From contig CAKKNE010000001.1 of NCBI GenBank assembly GCA_918797485.1, forward strand, positions 2,480,001-2,544,000: a stretch of 64,000 nt of DNA, written 5' to 3'. Source of the stretch: Pelagomonas calceolata (lineage: Eukaryota). Numbering within the stretch: position 1 is the first letter of the stretch; every line of letters begins with the position of its first letter. Positions 9,803 to 20,225 of the stretch are shown here, piece after piece. The notes beneath the pieces were generated by a model. The model worked only from the letters and a program-made list of their open reading frames with translations, searched no databases and had not been told where the DNA came from. Position numbers and translations under genes: made by a program.

Positions 9803-10876
9803 ATGCCGCTCATCGTCAAGCCGACGCCGGCCCACCCCGAGCCGCCGGCGCACAAGATCATGCCCGCCTTCGCGACGCGCTTCGGCCCCAAGCTCGCCGG
9901 CGAGGTCGCGGCGACGGACCGCCTCGTCCGCGTCAATGCTCTAACGGCGCTCTGCGACGCGCTGAGCGACCCGGAGCAGGCCCACGGCTGCGCCGACGCC
10001 GGTGTTGTGGAGACGCTGAACGCGCACGTGAGTGGCGGCCAGGACGCGCCGACGCGCGTGTTGGCCGCGAAGGCTTTGTGCGGCTGCGCGCGCGACGCGC
10101 GGGCCGCGCGGGCCATGGTCGACGCCGCTACGCCGGCGGCGATCCAGGGCGCGTGCTTGAACGACGCCGAGCAGGACGTGCGCATGCACTGCTACGACGC
10201 TTTGATAAGGTTGGGCGGCGGGCCTCGAAGAGGCGCTTCCTCTATTGTCGCGGCGGGCTACCCGAAGGCGCTCGTGGAGAAGGCGGAAAAGGAAAGTGTG
10301 GGATTGCAGCCGCGGGCCCTGGACCTGCTGACGAGTTGTTTAGGAAACGAGCAGGGCTTGGCCGAGGCCCTCGACGCGGGCGGCATCGCGACGTGCCTCT
10401 CGCTCCTGGGATCCATGGAAGCCGCCGTGCGCGCCGCGGCGGGCCGCTGCCTCGCGGGTCTGTGCTTCGACATGAGCGCGAAGGACGCGGCCGTCGAGGC
10501 CGACGCCGTCGACACGTTGTGTGCTCTCCTCGAGGACCCGGACTTGGGGGCGCGGCGCGCGGCCTGCGCGGCGCTCGTGAGCGTCACGACGACGGACGAG
10601 GGCAAGCGGCGCATGGTGCCCGCGGAGCCGCGGCCGCGCGACGCCGTCGCGGCCATCATCGCGCTGCTGGCCGAGCCCGACGCCTACCTGACGACGACGG
10701 CCTGCAAGCTCGTCGCGAACGTGGCGGTCCACCCCAAGGTGCGTGCGCAGCTGCGGGAGGACAAAGAGTGCCTGCCGGCCATCGACGCGCTCATCGCCGG
10801 ACCAGGTACTGACCAGGACGCGCTCGTCGCGCAGCACGCGCGCATCGCGAAGGACGCGGTCCTCTGGGAGCCCTGA
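9803..10876 (+). CDS. RSPH14: Armadillo-repeat protein, radial spoke head 14 homolog
   Basis: ARM repeats, N-terminal PKL..E....RVNAL.ALCD.L.DPE, C-terminal W-x-P, ~357 aa. Confidence 0.7.
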   Translation: MPLIVKPTPAHPEPPAHKIMPAFATRFGPKLAGEVAATDRLVRVNALTALCDALSDPEQAHGCADAGVVETLNAHVSGGQDAPTRVLAAKALCGCARDARAARAMVDAATPAAIQGACLNDAEQDVRMHCYDALIRLGGGPRRGASSIVAAGYPKALVEKAEKESVGLQPRALDLLTSCLGNEQGLAEALDAGGIATCLSLLGSMEAAVRAAAGRCLAGLCFDMSAKDAAVEADAVDTLCALLEDPDLGARRAACAALVSVTTTDEGKRRMVPAEPRPRDAVAAIIALLAEPDAYLTTTACKLVANVAVHPKVRAQLREDKECLPAIDALIAGPGTDQDALVAQHARIAKDAVLWEP

Positions 10877-10882
10877 GTCTCA

Positions 10883-11305
10883 CTAAGTATCTTCATACGA
10901 CAGCCCCCGCGCGTCGAGGAACGCGGTCAGCTCGCGCTCGAGCGCGGTGGCCGTTCGCGCGTCGCCGGCCTCCGCCGCGCGGACGAGGTCGCGGCGCAAG
11001 CGCTCGGCGGTCGCCGCGTCGGCGTCGCGATTCGGCTTTTGCGGTTTGTAGCCCGACTTGTTGTAGCCGTCGCCGTCCCGCAAGAAGGCGGCCAGGCCCT
11101 GGTCGCCGCTCATCGCGTCCGCTTGCAACTTGCCCGCCGCGGCGAGGACTCCGGCGAAGGCGAGGACCAGCGGCGCGACGCCGATGTCGAGGCCCTCGTC
11201 GACGCCCAGGTGCCGTCTCACCGATACTGCCCTTGGCGCTCCCGTGACAAATGCCTCGCCGCCGCGCACCATCAGTAACGCAACAAGGTAGTTCATCCGC
11301 ATCAT
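10883..11305 (-). CDS. Small hypothetical protein, probably plastid-targeted membrane protein
   Basis: Signal peptide ending GEAFV, one hydrophobic helix, GLAAFLRDGDGYNKSGYKP. Confidence 0.65.
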   Translation of the reverse strand: MMRMNYLVALLMVRGGEAFVTGAPRAVSVRRHLGVDEGLDIGVAPLVLAFAGVLAAAGKLQADAMSGDQGLAAFLRDGDGYNKSGYKPQKPNRDADAATAERLRRDLVRAAEAGDARTATALERELTAFLDARGLSYEDT

Positions 11306-11479
11306 GTTGCGTTTCAAGCAGAGAGAGCACAAAAGGCTCTCTCTACTCAGTCCTGTTTGACCGCTTCTGGCGGGGCGATCGGAATCTTTTCGAGTTCTCT
11401 GGCTTCTAAGCTAACGCTGCGTCGCGAGCCGGCTATAGTTCTAACCGTGCGATGTGGCTGCAAAGCTTCGCACACCAGG

Positions 11480-11504
11480 GCTAGCGATTGTAAGACACTA
11501 GCAA
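11480..11504 (-). promoter_or_regulatory. CTAG-bounded upstream motif
   Basis: Reverse complement TTGCTAGTGTCTTACAATCGCTAGC, 175 bp upstream of ATG 11305(-). Confidence 0.65.
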
Positions 11505-11634
11505 AACGGTCATGCCGCCCCCCGTAACCTTGGCCGCGCCGGCCGAGCTTTTGTAGGCCCTCCGAATCGCTGGGGCATCCATTGAACCCATTAGTTCCGT
11601 TCCGACGAGTTATTGTCAAGGGCCGTCTGGGCGG

Positions 11635-11771
11635 GTCGGAGCTCTCGCTCCCCGCTTCAGGATTGCTCGGCCTGGTGTGCGAGGGCATCTCTTTCACCAC
11701 TTGATTTCCGGCTCGTCGTAAAAGAGGAGCCAGCGGCCAGTTCCACATCCTGACGGGGGTCGTCCCAAAAG
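11635..11771. repeat. Dispersed repeat family C
   Basis: GTCGGAGCTCTCGCTCCCC plus a ~55-bp core (CTCGTCGTAAAAGAGGAGCCAGCGGCCAGTTCCACATCCTGAC) and CGTCCCAAAA, shared with 55163-55260. Confidence 0.85.
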
Positions 11772-11995
11772 AACCGCGTCACCCCTTCTCACGGCGGCGT
11801 GCCAGACCAAAATCTAAAAGCAAAATCTAAAGCTTGGGAAGTTTGCGTGCGGGATTACAAGCGCGTGCGGATCCGAGCACTCGCCGGACTCCGTCTACCT
11901 TTCGCTGGAGACAATCTCGCGATCGGTGTTCTGATGGACATCGAAAAGTAACGTGTGTAAGCGCCCGGGCGATCCGCGGCCAAAGAATACAAGGA

Positions 11996-13087
11996 TCACA
12001 TATTAGATTCGAGCGCGCCGACGACGTCGCCCCATACTTCCTCCGCCGGCGCCGACACGGCTGCGAGCGCCGCGGCCATCGTGCCCGGCGCCGCCGCGCG
12101 GTCGAAGTCCTCTTCGCTTGTGCAGTGGAAGACGCCGAGGCACTCCGCCGCCCCGAGGCGCCCGGCGAGCTGGGGCGAGCGCTCCGCGCGGCGGGCGAAG
12201 ACGTACGCCGCGCCGCCGAGCACCGCGACGTTGTGGGGCCGGTGCCTGGCTTCGACGGCCGCGACGGCCCGGCCGAGCGCCTCGCCCCGACCCTCGCCGC
12301 GTAAGCGCACGGCGCAGAGCGGGTAGTCGAGCAACTCCACCTCGACGCCGCCGACGCTCGTCGATCGCGCCGCGGCGGCGCCCTCGACGGCGTACCTCGC
12401 CGCGCCGACGGGCGGCGCGGGCCAGGCGTGAGCGTGGACGTGGTTCTGCGAGGCGCCCGCGCCGATGGAGTTGAAGACCAGCGCGAGGTCCGTCTCGACG
12501 CCGCACAGGTCCGCGCAGTCCTCCGCCGTCAGGCGCTGCGGCCGCCAGTTCTTTTGGTCGCCGACGGCGGGGAGCAGGAGGAAGTGGCCCCGCGGATCAC
12601 AGGGCGCGACGTTGTGGTAGCAGTCCCAGGCGCGGCCGTGGACGGCGAGCGCCGCCGCGCGGGGCCGGTCCTGGAGCCGCAGCGGCCCGACCACTAACGA
12701 GCCCGGCTCGTACGATGGCGGCGTATACGACGTCTCGTCGAAGCCGCCGCCCGTCGCGAAGGCCGGCGCCGGCCGCAGCGTCCGACTTAATTGCAGCTGC
12801 GCCACGAAGGGCCCGTCCGTCGCCACGCGGAGGCCGTCGCCGCTCGCCGCGAGCGTGGCGTTGATTTTTTGTGCCTTTTCCGTGGCGCCGCGTACGAAGA
12901 AGCGCAGGTCGCCGGCGACTTCCGTCACGCCGTAGGCCTCGCCGTGCTCCGTACTGGCGGACACGCTGCCCGCGCGCACGAGGCCGAGCCAGCGCTCTGC
13001 GAGGTTTATGTTTTGCAGCTTGTAGCTTATTGGTGCGACGGCTGCTGTCGACATTAGTAACGAGAGGCAGTGTGCTCTCCGAAGCAT
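11996..13087 (-). CDS. HIT-superfamily protein related to GDP-D-glucose/GDP-L-galactose phosphorylase (GDPGP1/VTC2)
   Basis: HNVAPCDPRGHFLLLP and FNSIGAGASQNHVHAH match the VTC2-family pattern INVSP..GH.LLIP / YNSLGA.A..NHLHFQ. Confidence 0.65.
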   Translation of the reverse strand: MLRRAHCLSLLMSTAAVAPISYKLQNINLAERWLGLVRAGSVSASTEHGEAYGVTEVAGDLRFFVRGATEKAQKINATLAASGDGLRVATDGPFVAQLQLSRTLRPAPAFATGGGFDETSYTPPSYEPGSLVVGPLRLQDRPRAAALAVHGRAWDCYHNVAPCDPRGHFLLLPAVGDQKNWRPQRLTAEDCADLCGVETDLALVFNSIGAGASQNHVHAHAWPAPPVGAARYAVEGAAAARSTSVGGVEVELLDYPLCAVRLRGEGRGEALGRAVAAVEARHRPHNVAVLGGAAYVFARRAERSPQLAGRLGAAECLGVFHCTSEEDFDRAAAPGTMAAALAAVSAPAEEVWGDVVGALESNM

Positions 13088-13396
13088 TAGGCCCTCGTTT
13101 GCTGTTTTGGTAGCTGCGCGTTTTGAAACGTCGAACAGGCGTTCGAGCGAGTGTTTTCGCCAGGTTTCAAGCAGCATTACGAGCAGCGCTGCTCGTTTTA
13201 ATGCAGCTGCTGTCCCTGGAGCCTGAGTTTTTTCCGCTTAGACACGCAAATGAGGCGCCAGAGCCCTCCGCGGGACCTCTCCTTGGCCCGCAGGGGTGAT
13301 TTGGCAAGCGCGCCCGCCGTTTCATTGCCAAGGTTGCAGGTGTGTGTACGCGCTGGCCCATTGCGCCAATTGCAGTGCCGCCGGCCGGGGCCTAAG

Positions 13397-14259
13397 ATGG
13401 CGCTAACACGATTTCTGTAACGTTGCTGCGTCCACAGCTTTACCACGCAACCGCTTGAGACGCCGTCGGCGCGGCCCGGCGGCAAAAGAGTTGATGCTCG
13501 CCCAGTGCTCTCGATGACGCCGGGGCGCGCGCGCGACGCTGACGCGTGAGACAAACGCCGCCCGCGCTCGCTACGACGACCGCGCAACACGCCGCCCCCA
13601 AACGCAGGTTCGGCTGCGCCGTCGCCGTCTCGGCGCTCCAGGCGCCGTCCGTCGCGCCGCGACGAACCAACGTGATTGTCAAGGGCGGCCGCACGGCGAC
13701 GCCCCTCGGCCGCACGAAGACGCTCGCGGGCAAGGAGAAGATCGTGGCCTCGGTCCAGGAGGACATCGAGGGCGCGGACCTCATCTACTCCTTCGAGGGG
13801 TCTGGCATGGGCATCAAGGTCATCGACGACCTGCGGGACCGCCTGCCCGAGGCCAGCAAGGCGCGCATCGTGAAGACGACGCTCTTCAAGCGCGGCCTGT
13901 CCGCGGCGGGCTACGGGGACGACGTCGTCAGCCAAGTGCCGGCGCTGAGCAACATGTGGGTCTTCTCGACGACGGACGACATGAAGGCCACGGTCAAGGC
14001 CTTCGACGGGTGGGTCAAGGACAACGGCCTCGAGAAGCCCATCAAGGGCGGCTACTTCGACAATGACTTCATCGACGCCAAGGGCGTGAAAAAGGTCAAG
14101 GACCTGCCGACGATGCCGGACCTCATGCTCAAGCTCTGCGTGTCCCTCAACCTCGCGGGGTCGCTGGGCATCGCCAAGGCCGTCAAGGCGGCCAAGGGCA
14201 ACCCGCGCCAGGTCGCCGTCGCCATCTCGAAGATCGAGGAGCTGCCGAAGACGGACTGA
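13397..14259 (+). CDS. rpl10: Nucleus-encoded plastid 50S ribosomal protein uL10; intron 13417-13607
   Basis: KEKIVASVQE..GMGIKVIDDLRDRL..IVKTTLFKRG..KGGYFD..LPT. Splicing GTAACG..CAG (191 nt) gives signal peptide MALTRFLFGCAVAVSAL. Confidence 0.85.
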
Positions 14260-14497
14260 GCGTTGGTTCCCTTCCCTGGTTAAAAGCACGTGTTCTTATA
14301 TTCAGATGCCTCGCGGCGACGGCGTGTGGGGGTAGAGTGTGGGGGTTCTCCGCTTCGATTCGGCTCGGCGGCGCCGGTCCGATCTGGGCCGGCGTGCGCT
14401 TATATACGTTGTACGGCGTCTGTCCCGGTACGGACGCCTCCATAAAAAGTACCTACGGACTGCCACGTAGTGTTTTTACGGTGCGAGGACGCCATAA

Positions 14498-14525
14498 GCT
14501 GGCTAGTGTCTTGCAGGTCGCTAGC
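14498..14525 (+). promoter_or_regulatory. CTAG-bounded upstream motif
   Basis: GCTGGCTAGTGTCTTGCAGGTCGCTAGC, 111 bp before ATG 14636. Confidence 0.7.
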
Positions 14526-14635
14526 TAGTCTGCGTAGCACTTGCACTGCGCAGTGCTGCGCGCCTACGCGGCAGCAGAGCGCCTCCTGTTGCATCGCTCG
14601 TCGTTGGGGCTTGGGCCACACGGGTGCAAAACGCG

Positions 14636-15667
14636 ATGCGTCGCCATCAAGCCATGTTGCTGCTGCTCCTCCTCACGAGCACGGATGCATTCCAGCTCAA
14701 AACGGCACCAAGAGACACAACAAAGCTGCAAGCCAAGGTCGGCGACGCGCTCGGCGCGGGCCGCCAGCGCTTCTGCTGCGGCCTCGCGCCGCTGGACCCG
14801 CCGGCGCCGGGCACGGAGTTCATGCACCCGCTGCTGTTAAGTGGCGCGGCGAAGACGCTGCGGGAGGCCGGCGCGGCCGCGATCGTCGTCGACGACCCCG
14901 TGGCCTGCGACGCCGTCGCCGGCGACCTCGAGGCGGCGGGGTCCGACGCCGTCGTGCTTTACGCGGGCGACGACGCGCCGGCGAGCGCGGACGCCCGCCT
15001 CGTGGAAGGGGGCGAGGGCGGTGCTGGCATCGTGCCCGTCGTCGAGGGCCTCGCGTCGGCGGCCGATGTTGGTGCTGCGGCCCAGGCGGCGGCGGACAAG
15101 GGCTCGGAGGCCCTTGTTTTGAGAGGAGGCGACGTCGAGGTCATCGGCCCCCTGGCGGACACGGCCGTGCCGGTGCTTCGGGAATTACCCTTCGCCACGA
15201 CAACTAACGTAGACGATCTGGACACCGACGCCTTCGCCTGCAAGACGTTGGGGTATGCCGGCGTCTTATTATCAAGCCAATCGCAAAGCCCCGTCGGCGC
15301 GCTGAGCGAAGCACTAGTAAATGCTCTGGGAGTGCTCCGGTCGAAGCGCTCGCGGACCTACGGCGGCGCCTGGTCCGAGTCGTCCGGCCGCGTGTCGGAG
15401 AGCGGGGACCAGGCCGAGGCCATGAAGTGGGCGCGCTACATGGAGACGACGACCAAAGCCGGCATCGTCGGCGCGATGGAGGGCGGCGCCGGCGAGGACG
15501 ACGAGCCCCTCGACGAAGAACGAGGCGACTACAAGGCCTTCGACGGGCCGCCGGCGGCGGGGTCGACCGAGAAGCGGCCCGCGTCGACCGGACCGAACGT
15601 CCCGGGAAACGAGGACGCGCGGCAGGCGTCGCTCAAGAAGCTCAAGGACCGGGGCTGGAACACGTAA
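14636..15667 (+). CDS. Hypothetical plastid-targeted protein, possibly TIM-barrel-like
   Basis: Signal peptide MLLLLLLTSTDAF; alternating beta/alpha pattern; coding-like codon usage. Confidence 0.7.
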   Translation: MRRHQAMLLLLLLTSTDAFQLKTAPRDTTKLQAKVGDALGAGRQRFCCGLAPLDPPAPGTEFMHPLLLSGAAKTLREAGAAAIVVDDPVACDAVAGDLEAAGSDAVVLYAGDDAPASADARLVEGGEGGAGIVPVVEGLASAADVGAAAQAAADKGSEALVLRGGDVEVIGPLADTAVPVLRELPFATTTNVDDLDTDAFACKTLGYAGVLLSSQSQSPVGALSEALVNALGVLRSKRSRTYGGAWSESSGRVSESGDQAEAMKWARYMETTTKAGIVGAMEGGAGEDDEPLDEERGDYKAFDGPPAAGSTEKRPASTGPNVPGNEDARQASLKKLKDRGWNT

Positions 15668-15750
15668 ATATATACTTATGATACAGGGTGTTCCGTCGGG
15701 CCGCTGGGGTTAGACTCCAGTGGGAGTCCCGCGGACCTCCGGTCCGCGCC

Positions 15751-16896
15751 TCAGCCCTCGAGCGCGGCCTTCCAGCTCTCCACGCGGAGGCGCTCCCGGA
15801 GCGACACGCAGCCCGGCACGCGGCAGAGGTCCAGCGTGCAGCGCCGCGCGTGCAGCTGCACGAGCGTGTCGATGCGCCTACAATCCAAGCACGCGGCGCC
15901 TTGGGTACAGGACGCGGCGTGCCGCAGGTAGCCCGCCATCTTGGCGCAGGCCTTGCGCTCGCAGCCCGGGCACGCCGCCGCGTGTTCTAACGCGCGGACG
16001 TGGAGCTCGATGGCCCGCCGCTTCTCGGCGCGCTGCGCGTCGGCGCCGTACGCGCCCTCCAGAGCCTGCTGGTCGACGCCGAGGCGCGGCTTCGGCCGCG
16101 CGGGCGACCGCGGCCGCTTGGCCCCGGGCTCGTCGGGCGACACGGCCGGCACGGGCCGCTTCGGCTCGAGCGCGAGCGGGCCGAGCGCGAGCGCGGGCGG
16201 CGCGGCCGCGGGTGCCGGCGCGACGGACGGGTGCGGCGCCGCGGCCACCGCGGCCGCGGCCTGCTTCCGCCGGTGCGCCCGCCGCACCTGCTCGCGCAGC
16301 GCCATCAGGTCGTCGTGGGACACGCCGCGGCGGCAGAGCGCCGTTTCCAGGAGACGCGTGTAGGCGACAATCTCCTCGCGCGAGGCCACCGGCCCCGCCG
16401 GCGCGGCTTGCGGGTCCATGGTGATGGGGCGCGACCGGGCGACCGCCGCCGGCGACACCGCCGGCGGGGCCGCCGGGGCCGCCGGCGCGGCTTGTGCTTC
16501 CACGGTAATTGGGTTAGCTGTCGCCGCCGGCGGGGCCAGCGGCGGTGGGGCCGGCGGCTGCGGGATCGCCGGCTGAGGCTGCTGGGCCGCTGGCCGCGGG
16601 GCCAACAGGGCCGCCGGCTGCGGAGCTGCCGGTTGGGGCGCCGGCGGGGCCGCCGGTGATGGGACCGGTGGCTGCGGGGCCGGCCGCTGAGCTGCTTCGG
16701 GAGTGTTATGCGGGGGCGGCGGGACCGCTGGCGCGGCTTGCGATTGCACGGTCTCTGGGGCGGCCTTCGGAGGTCGCTCCGCTCCACCGTTCGGGGCCGC
16801 GGCCGGCGGCGGCGGGGCGCTCGGCTGCGGCGCCACCGGCAGCGGGACCGCCGGCGGCGGGGCCGCGACCGACGGCGCGGCGGCTTGGACTTCCAT
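15751..16896 (-). CDS. TAZ zinc-finger protein with Pro/Ala-rich N-terminus
   Basis: H-A..C..C....C..M...H...C.....C..C......HAR.C....C.VP.C TAZ pattern. Confidence 0.85.
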   Translation of the reverse strand: MEVQAAAPSVAAPPPAVPLPVAPQPSAPPPPAAAPNGGAERPPKAAPETVQSQAAPAVPPPPHNTPEAAQRPAPQPPVPSPAAPPAPQPAAPQPAALLAPRPAAQQPQPAIPQPPAPPPLAPPAATANPITVEAQAAPAAPAAPPAVSPAAVARSRPITMDPQAAPAGPVASREEIVAYTRLLETALCRRGVSHDDLMALREQVRRAHRRKQAAAAVAAAPHPSVAPAPAAAPPALALGPLALEPKRPVPAVSPDEPGAKRPRSPARPKPRLGVDQQALEGAYGADAQRAEKRRAIELHVRALEHAAACPGCERKACAKMAGYLRHAASCTQGAACLDCRRIDTLVQLHARRCTLDLCRVPGCVSLRERLRVESWKAALEG

Positions 16897-17028
16897 GGTG
16901 CTTGGGGCCGCCGCGTCACAGGCTGCCCCACGCTCCAGCCCCACGCTCTATTAAATTCAGCCTAGGAATTCACTCTCGGGGCAGGCGATCAGCTAGTATG
17001 TCGACACGCTAGGTTTACCCACTCTGTC

Positions 17029-17243
17029 GCCTGCGGGAAGTCGCGGGACAAGTTGATTGAACGGGCGAACGTTGCACATTGTTCGGGGGGGTTTGCCGAG
17101 GCGGTTCTGCTTAGAAGGAGGTACGCTGTTATGAAAGAAGCGGCCCGCGCCCGCCGCCGATGAATCGGCGACGCGCGGTGTCTCCCCCCCAGCCCTGGGC
17201 AGGGGCTCCGCCCACTAGTCCTAGCACCGTAACATCGACTTCA
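17029..17243 (+). mobile_element. Dispersed element family A, longest copy, flanked by 12-bp direct repeat
   Basis: ~180 bp is a near-identical inverted copy of 30692-30863; ACCCACTCTGTC at 17017-17028 and 17244-17255. Confidence 0.75.
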
Positions 17244-17406
17244 ACCCACTCTGTCCGCGCTTCAGGACTTCTGGCGGGGTACCTTGGCGGTTTCGGGCTT
17301 CGGGGGTCCCCCCATGCCCATGGATCTTAAGGTACCCCGGCTAAAAAACACGGTGACCGCGGTCGCCGCGGTGGGGCAGGGCCAGACCTAAAAAAAGGAA
17401 CAAGAT

Positions 17407-18312
17407 TTACGCGAGCGCGGCCGCCCAGAACTCCGCATCCTGGAAGTCCGTCGGCCGCCGGCCCAGCGTGTTCTCCGCCTCGGGCGACGCCTTGGCCTTG
17501 ATCAACCTTTGACACACCTCCAGGTGGCCGTGCTGCGCCGCGAGGTGGAGCGCCGTCATGCCGGCCTCGTCGCCTGCTTTCAGATCCGCTTTGCCCTTGA
17601 GCAAAGCCTCGACGCATTCGAGGCGGCCCTTGGCGCAGGCCCAGTGCAACGGCGTGCGGCCGTGCACCGTTTTTAAGGACGCGTCCGAGCCCAAGCCAAG
17701 TAATAGTTGCAACGTCTCGAGGCGCCCCTCCGCGGCACAGACGTGTAAAGGCGACCAGCCCCGCTCGTCCTGCGCGTTACAGTAGCCCTTGCCACAGATC
17801 TCATTGATCAACGCTTTTACTGTTTCTGCTCGGTTATGTTGCGCCGCGCAGTGCACTGCGGTGAAGCCCAGCCCGTCCGACCCCTTGCCGTCGCAGCCCC
17901 GGGCTATATAGTCCTTCACTCTTTCTAAATCCCCTCGTGATGCCGCTTTCCGCAAACGAGCGCCGTAGCGCACCGCCGGCGCCAAAACGTGTCGCGCGAC
18001 GTCCATGAATTGCTTCCGCGACAGCGTTTCCGCATTGGACTGGAAGGCTCTGACATAAGGATCCACGAGCCTCGCATATCGCGCGTCGTCCATAACCACC
18101 CCAAGGTCCTTGAGGAGCTTCTTGGCGTCGCTCGAGGGTATATTTCTTTCGCCGGTGCCGTCGAAGAGCTCGTGGACTTTTTGTTGAGTTTCGGGCTCCA
18201 AAAGAGGATCCTCGTCATCTTCTAAGCCAGGACTCTCGGCGATGACGCATTCGATCTCTGGCTTCGCGTACAGTAATGCCTCTTCCACTACCTTGGGCTT
18301 CTTGGGGCCCAT
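17407..18312 (-). CDS. Ankyrin-repeat protein with N-terminal EF-hand-like region
   Basis: GFTAVHCAA, GWSPLHVCA, GRTPLHWAC, GMTALHLAA; ATG 18312 (MGPKKPK). Confidence 0.9.
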   Translation of the reverse strand: MGPKKPKVVEEALLYAKPEIECVIAESPGLEDDEDPLLEPETQQKVHELFDGTGERNIPSSDAKKLLKDLGVVMDDARYARLVDPYVRAFQSNAETLSRKQFMDVARHVLAPAVRYGARLRKAASRGDLERVKDYIARGCDGKGSDGLGFTAVHCAAQHNRAETVKALINEICGKGYCNAQDERGWSPLHVCAAEGRLETLQLLLGLGSDASLKTVHGRTPLHWACAKGRLECVEALLKGKADLKAGDEAGMTALHLAAQHGHLEVCQRLIKAKASPEAENTLGRRPTDFQDAEFWAAALA

Positions 18313-18625
18313 ACTGTCGCGTGCCTCGCGCGTGGGGCAGCCTCGGTCGACGCTTGCGTTCCTCCCAGCGGCCGGTGTGACGACGCTCGTTCTATAATAG
18401 CGCCAGACAACAAGCTTTGGCTGCCGGCGCTGGGCAGGCGAGTTCAGGCGCTGGCTGGAGCCTCGCGCGGGGCTGCGCGCTTTCTTGGGCACTCTTCCCC
18501 TGCGGAAGGAGCAGTCGCGAGAGCTAGGGGAGATTCGTCGAAAAAACCCGCTCTGCATGCGTCGATCGCGGCTGAAATCAGCTCTCCCAGCATCCAGGGT
18601 GCAACGCAACAGCTCAAATTGCAAG

Positions 18626-19910
18626 ATGGGTGCCTCGGGCGAGCTCCAGCGCATAAATCTTCTTGGCGCGGCGCGTCTCCGCCACTGCTGAGCATGGCCT
18701 GCACGCCCAGCCCGATGCAACCAAAGTTATTGCCAAAGCGATCGCCGCGCGCCTCCCGCCGGCCCAAAAACCAGCCGGCAGCGGTATGCATGCACGCGCG
18801 CTGCTCCCCGGCCAGCGCTATTGCAAAAAGCTGCATCGCACACACACATCCACCAAGGACGACGCCTCACCGGTTGCTTGAAACGCAGGCGAACTCTTCG
18901 ACCGCCTCTTCGGCGCCGGCGCCGCGGCTTATGTATTAGGCTTTGCGGTCGTCGTCTACGGCGCGACGGCGAGCGCGCAGGCGAAGTTAGGCGTGTCTTT
19001 ACTGGCGTGCGCCTTACCCGCCTTATTATCGACGGAACTGGCGAGCGGAGACCACGTCGCCGGCGACGCGCTCGCGAACGCCTGGCTCCAGGAGTTTGTG
19101 GGCACGGCGGTCATGGTGGTGCTCACGTGCATGCCCGGCGCTTTGCTCGGCCACTTAGGTTATCAAGTGGAATGGGTCTTCCACTGGCTCATGATGATGG
19201 CCGCCGATTCATTAACGGGGGGCAACGTCAACCCCCTCGTGTCGACCACCATGGTCGCGGCCGGGCGAGATAGCACGAAGGACTGGGTCGTGAAAGTAGC
19301 TGCGCAATGTGGTGGTGCGGTCGTCGGCTGGAAGCTATTAATTGCGGCGGGCGAGTTCATGGTCGGCGACGTGGGAGGGCCTTCTCCTGATGAACATCTT
19401 CCGCTCTTCTACGTGTTCTGGTCTGAATGTTTAGGCGGCGCGACGCTGTGCCTGGCGGTCTGGGCCTTCGCGACCACGTCCATCGGCGAGGTCTACGCGG
19501 CGAAGATGGGCCTGATCAATGTTACTTTGAGAACGATCATAGTGTATTTTGGCGCGACGGGCCCGGCCGTGAATCCTGCATTGGCTTTCGGCTACGACTT
19601 CGCCGTCGACGGGAGCTGGCCGACGATGGAGGCCAAGTCGCCTTCTTATGTAGCTTATTGGGCCGGGGGGATGATAGGCGCGGCCGTCTCGGGCCTCGTC
19701 TGGAAGGTCATCACGCAGAAACTGGACGAAAAGGCGCAGATCGGCGCCGGCGTCGCGCTCATCGGTGTGTGCCTCGCGGCGTGGATCTTCGTGCTGGCCG
19801 TCGAGGCCCAGGCCATTAGTGACGACACGGCCTTCGGGAAGGCGATGGCCGCGCGCCACCCCGTCACGAAGCTGTTCGGGCGGAAGCCGAAGGCGCACCG
19901 CGAGCTCTGA
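18626..19910 (+). CDS. Aquaporin/MIP family channel (NPL-NPA); inferred GC-AG intron 18666-18888
   Basis: QEFVGT, GGNVNPLVS, SECLG, AVNPALAFG. The frame is open upstream of 18993 to a CAG acceptor at 18888. First exon is inferred. Confidence 0.85.
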
Positions 19911-20010
19911 ATTTGGGGCTACGCTAAGTTTAGTAGTCCACCCGAGTCGCGTCGGCCCCGCGCCGCCCGACGGATCCCGCCGGTCCGCTTTTTTTTGCCG
20001 CTCTCTGTAT

Positions 20011-20052
20011 TGTTACGATGCTAGGACTAGTGGGCGGAGCCCCTGCGGGGGA
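20011..20052 (-). repeat. Family A truncated copy
   Basis: TGTTACGATGCTAGGACTAGTGGGCGGAGCCCCTG matches the end of the 30692 copy. Confidence 0.8.
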
Positions 20053-20225
20053 CGCTTCACGGGGGCTCGACCTTTTGATTAAATTCGGTGCGCAGGGCAG
20101 TTTGTGGTGGACCTCACAAGCCGAGAGCGACGCGGCACCGATCGCGACGGTACGTGGCCGCGTCCCAGCGCTCACACGGATCACGGGGGCAGCCGCGTCG
20201 CAGCCCGCAGCAGCAGGAACGACCG

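Noticed and set aside
8036..10876. 946-aa ORF spanning GAPDH and RSPH14
   Set aside because: The N-terminal part is an Arg/Pro-rich off-frame read of GAPDH; the real protein starts at ATG 9803
16992..17013. Degenerate CTAG motif as promoter of the TAZ gene
   Set aside because: It reads in the forward orientation while the adjacent gene is on the minus strand; kept only as an exception
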